Of a stretch of DNA of 64,000 nt, positions 12,020 through 22,428 are shown in pieces (the first letter of the stretch is position 1; the number at the start of each line of letters is the position of its first letter). The notes beneath the pieces were generated by a model. That model worked only from the letters and a program-made list of their open reading frames with translations. It did not search any database and was not told the origin of the DNA. The DNA comes from Oikopleura dioica (taxonomy: Eukaryota; Animalia; Chordata): the NCBI GenBank assembly GCA_907165135.1, contig OU015567.1, positions 10,788,001 through 10,852,000 on the forward strand, in the 5' to 3' direction. Made by a program: the position numbers and the translations under genes.

Positions 12020-12562
12020 ATGCATCTCTCAGAAGAGAACTCTTCTTTCAGAGACATGACTTCGATGACTGATCCTTCGTCACGTACTCTTTCATCTCTC
12101 GCGCATTTTCCAAGCAAGAAAACATTTGGCTTTTCAGTAGAAGAGATTCTAGCGCCAAGCAAGCCGAGAACACTCCTAGAGACTTACTATCAACAACTGC
12201 ACCACAATCTCCTCCTACAAGTACCGTTTGTTTTCCCTGTCGACTCGAGAAGATTCCCGACGGGTGAAAATTTGAGCACGAAGCCAAAAAGAATGCGAAC
12301 AATCTTTACAAAAGCGCAGATCGAACGGCTGGAGCAAGAATTCACACAGAACAAATATATTGTCGGTGCAGCGAGATTACAGCTTGCTGCCGAGCTTTCT
12401 TTGTCCGAAACACAGGCAAGAATTTGTTTTATTTTTGATTTTCGATGAATGAAACTTTAGGTGAAAGTTTGGTTCCAGAATCGACGAATAAAGTTCCGAA
12501 AAAGCACAGCTCAAGACAATTCAGCAGAAGAAAGATCCGATACGGATTCTGATTCCCTATGA
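12020..12562 (+). CDS. NOTO: Not/Noto-class homeobox protein; exons 12020 (or 12057)-12415 and 12461-12562
   Basis: eh1-like FSVEEIL motif; homeodomain KPKRMRTIFTKAQIERLEQEFTQNKYIVGAARLQLAAELSLSETQ|VKVWFQNRRIKFRK. RTIFT, YxVG and RRIK favour Not over Emx/Vax. The intron is GC-AG. Confidence 0.75.
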
Positions 12563-13192
12563 AAAACCTCTGCTCAGACTGACTTTCTTTTGTAAATAAC
12601 ATGTATAAATAAACTTAACGCACATCATAGAAGCAATAAGCGGCGGGAAGATCTAACAGATAGACTCTAGCCGTTCTTGTGCCCAAGAAAATTGCGTTTA
12701 AAACTTCAAAGTAGACATTTGATAGCCTAATTAGTAAAGTCTAGCATAAATCATCAAGTCTACTTTTTAATATTGAGTTCAGGTTTGTTTTGGTAGTAAC
12801 TAGGTGCCGGAAGTATGGTTGCGTAATTACCGCTTTTGTTAAAATCCTCCTGGTTATCATCCTCCATCAAGAAGAATGGATGCACTCTTCGCTTGCTTGT
12901 TTTTTTTTTATCAAAGCAAAAATTCAAGTGAATTTCAGTTGAAAAATAATTCGAAGAATCTAACGATCAAGACAATGAAAATACTTTATTAAAATCTCTT
13001 TTTTTTGCATATTTTCACGAGATATTTATTATAAACATTTATGATAAAATCCATGCATTTTTAGGCTCGATTGATGAGATTGAAGAGAGAATGGCTAGTT
13101 TTTTGTCGACAGGCAGGATAAGATCTTGCGCATGAGTTATACAACGAAGAAAATCTAAATTATTTTTAATAATAATTTAAGAGTTTTGATTT

Positions 13193-16179
13193 TTAGCTAG
13201 TGAAACTAATGTTTTCATTTACAAATCTACAGACGAATATAAAAGCACTTACAGAATATATTGGTCCAACGTCTTCATAATCCCAACACACAGAATCATC
13301 AAAAACTCGAATGACACCAAAGCCGCCCATTTGTTCTGGTGCTCCGAAAAGAGGTGGTCCTCCCTGAAATTTCGCAGGCTTATTTCTTAACATTTTCCAA
13401 AGGGCTTTGGATGGATCAGGAACTCTATCTTCACAGTTTTTCAAGCTAAGAACCATCTCAAGGTAGTTTTCAAATGATATTTCTTTGTAAGTACTGCTTG
13501 GTCCTTTTCCGCAATTGGTTATTATAAGAACTCTTGAAATATCAAATATGATCGAGGCAGAGTGGCTGACAACCCCATTATCTTCTGTTGACGGTTTCAT
13601 TTTTTTCGATATATTATTTTGGTACTAATAATTTCTTTTTTAATTGAAAGTGAAAATATTTTACCAATGTCGTATTATATTCTGCGAGAACTTCAATGTT
13701 AGCATGAGCATTCTTCTTGTCAAAGCAACCGAAGCGAAATGTTTCCAATTCGCGACTGATATCAGCCTCCTGGAAGTACAATCGACCATTGTAAGAAATA
13801 TAACTCCTTTGAAATATTCTATTGCGAGTTTCATCGATGTTGACGTATTCGATCATTTTACTGGTTCTTTTGTCGATGTAGACGACATTGATGGTACGAC
13901 AGGTGTTATTTTCTTCAAGAAGAACCGGATGATGCTCGAATTCGACCGCCCAGGTGGATCTTCCTAGGGTGAATGATTTATAGGTCTTTATCACGTAATG
14001 TTTTGGAACGTCAAGTCTCAATCGTTTGACCAAACCCAGTCTGTCGGCGCTAAGTTCGTGAAGTTCGACTACCCAGTATCCTTCGTCGTCTTTGCGTATC
14101 ACAGGAAAGCTAGGTTCAACAAATCGAAATCCGATGCCCGGAAAACCCGATATCGGATCGGATATTTATCGGGTTTTGTCGGGTTTCACCCTACAAAACC
14201 CGATCCTGAAAATTTCAAAAACCCGACGTAGGATCGGGTTTTTGTCGGATTTTGTCGGAATTTCGTCGGGTTTTTCTTGCCTTTTCAGCCAATCACAGTC
14301 GGTCTAAATAGCCTCTCTTGCCCTTTTTTACTCAAAAAGCACTCGAAATAGATGAGAATTGCCTCCAAAACCGGGAAAGGCAGAGAACGAGCTCTAGAGG
14401 ACATTTACATTAATCTTACCAAAGATAATCTTCTGGCGATTGACAGAATGAAATTCAGCGAGGTCCCTGGCAATTAGCGATCCATTTCGAGGGCAGAATT
14501 TCAGAGAACGCCTGAGCTTGAAGGCCTTAGCAGAACAGTCTTTTAGGTTAACTCCCACTATTTTCAACCCCATGGGTTATTTAAAGTCATGTGACCTCGG
14601 CAAGGCCTAACCCCCTAAACTGCAACTCAGCAAGGTCCAAGCTTTCTAAACATATAAAGAGGATATTTGGATTATTTATTCTATATTCTACCGTATTACT
14701 AATAATACGGTTTGAGACGAGGCGTTTTTATTGTATAAGGAGATGCACAATGGGAAAATGCACATTCTAAATAATATTATTAATGATCCTCGAAAATTGT
14801 TGAAAAAATCTGCTCAAGATAAGTTATTGACCTTCTTTTGACTTGCTTTTTTTAATTTTTGCTTGTAGGAAACCCGACAAAAATCCGACAAAAAACCCGA
14901 TAAAAACCCGATTTCGGACCCGACAAAAACCCGATAAAATCCAACGAAACCCGATCCAACAAAACCCGACCTCCTAAAAAACCCGATAAAACCCGATCTT
15001 GGTTTCGGGCGATTTTGTTGAACCTAGCAGGAAAGCAGAAATCCGAGGATAAAGGTCGATTTCCAAGTAAATTTTCGGTCTCCGGAAGGCAATAATACAG
15101 ATTCTTCCACCCTGAGAGAATAGTTGATTGAAAGTACCAACAAAGTCTCACACGTTCGAGCATGAGAGTCAGAAAAACTTACATCCTTCAACGCGGTCAT
15201 AGACGGCGAACGGAATAGTATCAACGCTATGAACGAGATCGGGAAGATCAAGACGCGTTTTCTCCAGATCATAGTAATCGTAGTGATGAAATTCTCCCGA
15301 AGATTTTTGTCGATTGAAAACCATTAGTTTGGAACCGACTAGATCGAATAATCTGTAATGTGTAAATGGAGATTCCATGATCATATCAAGATTTCCATTG
15401 AGGATATGCTCCTGAAGCTCTTCATATGGGCCGACTTCTATAGTTTTTATAAGGACGGGTTGGACAATATCTTCTTCTTCTCGGTCAAGATAATAAACAA
15501 ACAACACAACATCAGAAGCTTCGTTAAATTCTTCGAGATCATCTCCAAAGAATGTGTGTAATTGACCGGGTTCTTCCAAAGAATCCCTTTCATAATAATC
15601 TTTCCTCAAATCGCATAGTTGTTTGTTTGATACGAACTACAAGATACAAGTCAGTGACTTTCGATTAAAATATCAATTTACGTAATCAATTGATCCTTTG
15701 TAGTCAAGATCGAAGCTGTGATCGTCTCGTGAATAAACTATTCCTTTGTGTAATGCTCCCTTTTTCTCCCATTCACAAAGATACGACCCGTAGATCTTAT
15801 GGGTGTCCTTTTTCAAGTGATTGAGTCGCTTCATTATCTGTGGAATGCCGGAAAGAGGAGGTCGAGTCTCGGTATTTCTCTCGTATTCGGCGCGGACGAG
15901 CTTCAAAAGAGGTTCTTCGCGTTCAAATCTATTTAGAAACAGCTGGCAATCGTTGAAGCTGAGAAGCCCGTCAAAGTCGTTCTTCGTTTCGTCACTTGAT
16001 GCCAGAACATTTTTGGCATCTCTGAATCCTTGCATAGGCATTCTCTCGAAGACAAGGTTCGCAATCAATCGATTCTTCGGATGAAGTGTTATCATGTTCA
16101 GCACTCCCCGCTGAAACTGTTCTGTCGTCATTTCATTCTCTTCTTTTGGATCCATTTTTCTGCGCTTTCGACAAGACAT
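13193..16179 (-). CDS. Multi-exon protein with weak F-box-like N-terminus and beta-rich C-terminal region; one exon is interrupted by a TIR element at 14110-15027
   Basis: ORFs 16179-15673, 15609-15169, ~15100-15028, 14102-13614 and 13600-13193 join via GT-AG introns. Removing the element plus one TSD restores ...SSDFCFP-VIRKDDEGYW... in frame. Trans-splice-like TTTTAG acceptor just upstream of the ATG. The F-box call is only a loose motif match. Confidence 0.6.
14110..15027. mobile_element. Non-autonomous hAT-type DNA transposon (918 bp) inserted in a coding exon
   Basis: 14-bp perfect TIR CTAGGTTCAACAAA (14110-14123 / 15014-15027), 8-bp TSD CAGGAAAG (14102-14109 / 15028-15035), and clusters of subterminal AAAACCCGA/TCGGGTTTT repeats at both ends; no transposase ORF. 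Confidence 0.92.
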
Positions 16180-17392
16180 TTTTCGATCAACAATCTAAAA
16201 GAACCGATTTCAACCTAGTTTAAATACAAAAAAAAAATAAAATATAGCTCGACTTGGATGAGCGCCGAGTAACAGGAGCATCGGGTTCTTGCTTTCATCA
16301 CTTCTAAGGCCGCGCCTTACAATGAATAATACAGAATAAAAAATGTCACAGGTCGGAAATTGTTTACGGCTGACGAACTTTTCCTTTGAAATAGTCTTAA
16401 TAGTCGAGTTTTGGACGTTTATGCACAGAATTTCCCTCCGAAATTCCTGAGCCATTTCTAGCATCATTAAAAATCGATCAAAAATGCCTCTTCAACCCTG
16501 TTTTCCGCTGAGTCATCAATAATTTCCCATCGAATTTCAAACAACGCCGCTGCGAAACCTTCCAATTCCTTTGTCTCGCGCTGCGGGCGTCCTGTTTCGC
16601 CAAAAAAGCAACTTGGCTCACAGTAGTAAAGGGAAGTTGATAGCTCAGAAGAGGAAAATCAGGGTCAGGGCGGGCCAGTGACCCCGAAACGGCGTATTTT
16701 TTGGCGCGCTGTGCGAATAAAGACTATTGGCGCGTTTTGGCCGTTGGTCGTTGGCCGCGCGGAACGCTCCAGTTTTTCTTCTCTCGCGAAAAAATAAACC
16801 GAAAAAAAAACTCACGCGAAACAGAAAAATCATCGAAAAAGAGAGACCTTGCGAAACAAAACTAGAGTTATTGCTCATCGTGAAAAAATTGAACCGTTCC
16901 ATTTTTTCCTCTATCGAAAAATCGAAAAAACTTAAAATAGAGATTGGCTGAAAAAGAAAACTGACGAAAAAGAAGAAAATTTTAGCCGCGAAAATTGAAA
17001 AAGTGTGCAATGCGAAGCTTGACATGGAAAATTTAAAGGAAATGGCTTGTTTCGATTTTTTTCTTTTGCGGAATTGTTCTAGAACTTCTCTTGATTAGGC
17101 TCTGCTTACATTGGCCGAGAGTTATTCGTCTTTTTTTCATAAAAATACACGGTCAAAGGTAACGATTTTTGATATTTATTGTAATTGAATTTTAATTTTC
17201 TTTTGAGAGATTAGCTTTTCGAGATTATTCTCTCTAGCGATTCGAATTTTTTAATTTTTTGGCTCGATTTTTCACGTCGCTGGCCATATTGATTTTTTAT
17301 TTACGAGAAATAAAACCTTCTCAGGTTCTGAAAAGTACGAATTTTTCACTTTATTTTTGATAATTTATTTTCGCCTTCTAGTGTGTTTGGAA

Positions 17393-20300
17393 ATGAGACT
17401 TTTCCGTTCCAAGAGCGGTGAGAAAAAGGCCGAAGTTCGCAATTCTCAAGATCCATCGTCGCAGAGTTCTAGCGATTCGATGTCTTCTCTTCCAAAGCCC
17501 GAGGACGTTCCCGGGCCCTCGGGTCTTGGATCACCGGGAAATCTTCCAGCGCCGGAATTCGCGTTCAAGATTCCAAGCCCTTTTTTCATCGACGACTCGG
17601 AGATCATATGGGTTTATGATTTCTTTTCATAACTCTTAAGCCTTTTTACAAGCCAGAATAAGTTCGAGTTACCGTTATCATTCACCCCTAAGTCAGGAGA
17701 TCGTCGGAGCAAAAATGGGAAGGACCAAACCCCAGTGCCGAGACCAGTTTTTCATGTCCAGGTAAGCCCACTTCTCAAAAGATTTTTTTATGCCAAGCTG
17801 TCGAGCGCAGGTTAATTTGTTTACCCCGCTCGCGAGTTAAATTTGACGCTAAGTCCCTCCGTTGTCTAATAAAATTGGAACACCTGCGCTAGAAATTTAT
17901 TGACCCTGCGAAACCTTACTTTAGAAAACGCCCAAGAGCTTGTCGATCAAGCGATCCAAGCGGTCCAGAATGGAGCAAAATGGAGAGGATTTCGAGGACG
18001 GAGGATCTGCTTCTAAAAAGTCCCTCTCATCTAAGCGTCTCTTGCTCAGGTAGGACAAATGTTGCAATCAACAAGGACAACGTATTTAAACTGCCTTCAG
18101 TAACCAGCTTGCCCGAAGACGACTTGACTTGGGAACACCGAACTCGCTCCATGGAGATGGAACAGCCAAGGCTATCTCTTTCGAAACCCCTAACACACCC
18201 CTACTCTACCAAAGCAGCTACGTCCCGCGAAAGGACAAGGACTACTTTGATCAATTCTTCAGGAAGATCAGAGAGCTTGGAGAGGGCGACTTCGGCCAGG
18301 TAGCTTTGGTGTAAAAATACTCCTGGTCAGTAAGTTCCTAGGTCTTCGAAGCCGAGAAGAAAACTGATGGCAAACGAGTAGCGATAAAGAAAAGCCACCA
18401 AGTGTACCTATCTGTCTACCAGCGGTAAGTCTGGTATGGGATCTCTATTTTGAATTAATTTCAACTTTTTTCAACGGCAAATCCGTTCAGCTGCATCCGC
18501 TGCGGATCGCTAACGGACATATTGCCGGTAGAAATTGAATAACTCTAAACTGGGCTCTTAATTGATTTTCACGGCGCTTTCTAGCAAGCAGATGTTGCAG
18601 GAAGTCCAGGCTCACGAAGCGATTCCACCGCACGTAAATTTGTTAAAATTCGAACAAGCTTGGGAGGAGAAAGGCTTCCTTTACATCCAGGTAAGAGCGG
18701 ATTCAGAAGCACAGGAATATAATTGACTTTAGACCGAGCTATGCCAATGCTCTCTTCAGCACTACATGGATGAAAAGCCTGTTGATGATGTGATGGCGTG
18801 GAACTTAATGTGTGACATTCTGACTGGTCTTGCTCACATCCACGACCACCAGTACATCCATCTCGATATAAAGGTAAGGAAAAAATAATGACTTCCAAAC
18901 TCGCTTTGAAAGATTTCGCGCCTTTCATCAAAATCGCCTTATCTCCAAAGGCAAATTTTCGCGGAGCAGGCGTGAATCCCTTTTATTTAACGTTATTTCG
19001 GATCCGTGACGTAATTCGCAGATTGCGATTGAAATCCGCCAGAGGTAGCCCATTATTGAGCCCGCGCGCCTATACCGCCAAACCGAACTGCGAGCGGAAA
19101 ATTTTCACCATCTGATTGGCAGTGCGCCGCTGCGGCCTGGGGCGCTAACGCAGAGCTAAATTGTTGGCACATTGCCTCTGTCTCTTCTCCGAATCCTGAG
19201 TTTCGAAACAAAAAGCCATTTTTTACAACCATGAATAGAGATTTACGAATGAATTCTAGGCTGATAACATCCTCATTGGACAAGATGGTCGATATAAAAT
19301 CGGCGACTTTGGGCTTCTCACAAAACTCGACGGCAAGAACAGAGATCTTACCGAGGGTGACAACAGGTACAAATAAAGTGAAAGATAATTAGGCTAATTT
19401 CCACTAGAACGCTTGCTCCTGAGCTACTCAATAACGAGTACACCACGAAAGCTGATGTATTCAGCCTTGGGATAACTGTTCTTGGCGCGATTTGCGACAT
19501 TGAGCTTCCCAAAAATGGCGATCTCTGGCAAAAGGTACTTTCATCCATTCATCCTTCAATGATTTTAACTCCTCATTTAGTTCCGCAGCGGCGATCCCTT
19601 CTCAGACTGGGGAGAGACGCCCAAGCCCTTCATAAATGTCGACATGACAGACATGATTCTAAAGATGCTCGAGCCCGATCATCTGAAGCGACCCTCCTGC
19701 AGAGAACTTCTGCAGAGTAATATCATGAGGAGAATGGTAAGTCAAAGATTTCCCAATTTCTTAGTGCATGCGTTTTTCTTTCTTCTAAATTATCAAAGTT
19801 AGGCATTTTCGCATTTGCATTTGCATAAACATTTTTCTTTTCGCAGCTCGATTGGCAGAAAGATTTTCTCAAGAACAAGTCTCCCTTGAGGGTGCCGAGC
19901 ACTCCTCGCAAAAAGTAAAGACCGAGACGGTGATTCACGAACAGATTCGCAAGGCATTGACTCCGAAGCGCAAGGTCGATGATTCCGTGACTAAAGACCC
20001 TTCGGCAGCAAAGACTCCGGGCAAACGCAAGGGATCACCGATTCCCTTCGGTACCTCGGGCACACTTTCCAAGTCAAGCACGCAAGAATCGTTGGACGAT
20101 ACAGATCTTCCTCCGTCTCCTAAAAGAACGAGGAAGTCTAAGAGTCCATCTTATTTGGGAAGGAACATCTTTGAAAAGATCAAGGAACCTTTCGTGAGCA
20201 TAATGAGCATGTGGAGAGGCAAACCCAAGGTTCATCAGGATGAGGTTTGGTTGAAATTTTCGTATTTATTAATCAATATATTTCATAACTTATTTTTAGA

Positions 20301-20887
20301 CTCTTACTCTCCTCCTTACACGCAGGGCTACCAACAATAACCCTGAAGATGCCAACAACATGAGTCCTGGCATCTACAGGCAAAGGTAACATTGCTCTTC
20401 CGTTGCACTGTAACAAATCGTCAAATAGATCGCCTGCAATAACGCCTTCTTCGAATCGCCGTCCAGCCTCACTCACCGGCAATCGAACCCCACTCTGCGG
20501 CAGTCCGATGAAAAGTCCGGCTGTCAGGTAACACCACACCCATTTTTTAGTTACAGAACGAGGTGTAAATCAAGATTATTGATCCTTATAAATGGCGCCT
20601 GGGAAAGAAATACTGTTGCGCTGCGATAGGGATCTTCTTGGTTGACCTCTTGACCCTGTTTTATTTAAATGAGCGCGTGAATGTTTTTTCGTATTTAATT
20701 TTCTTTTAGTCCACTTTCATCTCGCCAAGAGAAACCCGAAAAAGAGGAGGAAGAAAGCGTCGCAGCGGATATGTCGTTCACCGAGTGCACGCCCGAAGCC
20801 GAGTCAAAGTCAAGCTTGAAATGCTCCGTCTCAAAGAACCTATTCGGCGCCTTCGACGACTTGTCTAGCGACGAAGAGCTCTTCTGA
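17393..20887 (+). CDS. PKMYT1: Membrane-associated Tyr/Thr Cdc2-inhibitory kinase Myt1; multi-exon
   Basis: Kinase exons: YFDQFFRKIRELGEGDFGQ|VFEA...VAIKKS, LQEVQAHEAIPPHVNLLKFEQAWEEKGFLYIQ|TELC, IHLDIK, KIGDFGLL, TEGDNR, APELL, KADVFSLG, ELPKNGDLWQ. The FEQAWEE, TELC and EGD motifs are characteristic of Myt1. Confidence 0.9.
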
Positions 20888-21281
20888 GTAGCTTGAACTT
20901 TTACTATTTATCTTTTTGTTCAAAAACAACCGCTAAGATTGTGCCTTTAGGATGTAAAAGAAAAGCTACCTTTTATCGCCCAAATAAGGCAGTATATCAA
21001 ATATTTTTTTTTTCAATTAACTCCAGTTACTGCCACAACGCTTAGAACATCCCAAAGCAATAAACCCGTTTATCAATTTGATAAAAGGTTTCTCTCGGAA
21101 AAACGACCTCTCGGGTAGAACATCGATGAGTTTTCAAAGTGTGCCCGACTTTCTACCCGATCGCAAACTGAAATATTTTTCGAGAAAAACTCTGAAAATT
21201 TTCTGTCAATATAACAGATTCCTGTCCAGAACATAATCAAATTAGCTCGACAAATAACGAGAGAAAACTTCAGATTGATAA

Positions 21282-22222
21282 ATGGCGCTGTCATTGGACG
21301 ACCGGCTGTTAGGCGAGAAAGTACAATGTTACATTTCCGACGATGAAGACGAGGAAACCAAAAAGGCACCGGAAGAAAACGGACCTCTAAAAAATGTCGC
21401 ATCACAGCGACACAATCCTCAGGCCCCTCAAACAGGGTAAGTTCAGCTGCGTAAATTTTCCCTCAAACAATCGAACATCCTTTTCGCGACTTCGCCAGAC
21501 GAGGATGACCTAAATCATCTATCCTTCTTTTGTCTCCGATGATTCACTTTTTCATTCACTAACGCGGACAATTCAGGCCTAAGGGTGTCATCAACGACTA
21601 CAAAGAATTTCAAAAGACTGGCTCAGTGCCTGGCCAAATAACCCCTACTGACGTGGAAACCGACGAGAACTCTGATCTGAGCGATCTGGACGATGACGAA
21701 GAGTTTGAAAAATATCGTGAACAAAGACTTCAACAGATGCTCCTAACGCAAGCAGTAATAACGACGACTGAGACGAGGTCGAAAGCAATTTTCGATCTGG
21801 ACGCGGAAAATTATGTTGAAGAGCAGGAATCATCTGGCAACGGTAATATTTGTATTTATTGAATCGAGAGTCATCAAATTATAGTTGTGACTCTTCTGTA
21901 CGACTCCAGCGATGAAAACTCAAAAGTCATGCATCGCGCGATAACGCATTTAGCTAGACAGTTGCCTCACGTCAAATTCTGTAGAGCAGAGCGAAGGATT
22001 CTCTCTGCACAAGCGAGCATGGATCTTCTGGTAATTTACCCTCTATATTTTCTATTTCAATTGATTTTTTTCTAGTCACAACGAGGCTTACCTTGTTTGA
22101 TCGGTAATTACGACGGAAATCAAGTGGGCGCAATCGTCTGGCCCGAGATCGTCAATGAGCTTGGCGAAGAGTTTCTTCCAGAGCATCTGTTTTCACTCCT
22201 CAGAGAACGAAACTTTATTTAA
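21282..22222 (+). CDS. PDCL: Phosducin-like protein 1 (PhLP1)
   Basis: MALSLDDRLLGEKVQCYISDDEDE...QTG|PKGVINDYKEF...DDEEFEKYREQRLQQM and a C-terminal thioredoxin-like half (HVKFCRA, GLPCL). Confidence 0.9.
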
Positions 22223-22428
22223 GTTTCTGCCGCTTTTGCGCGAGTCACGCAAGTTCCACTTTAATGCCACGTGAAAACTGTCCTTCAAAATTGAACCCAG
22301 CAAATCCAACCCGATTGTTCTTTCTCCTCCTACTTCCCCACACAAAACAACCATGGTACTACTTTCTTCAACAAACTAAACGTCAACTGAACCAGCAGAT
22401 TCTCATCGAATTTTTTTTTAGAACTGGC

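Noticed and set aside
14102-15036. Reading the element as Mutator-like with a 9-bp TSD (CAGGAAAGC)
   Set aside because: A 9-bp TSD makes the TIRs asymmetric by one base. The 8-bp TSD gives perfectly matching ends.
14092-15163. ORFs 14092-14307, 13998-14231 and most of 14852-15163
   Set aside because: They read through the AAAACCCGA repeats of the inserted element. Only the portion at ~15100-15028 is a real exon.
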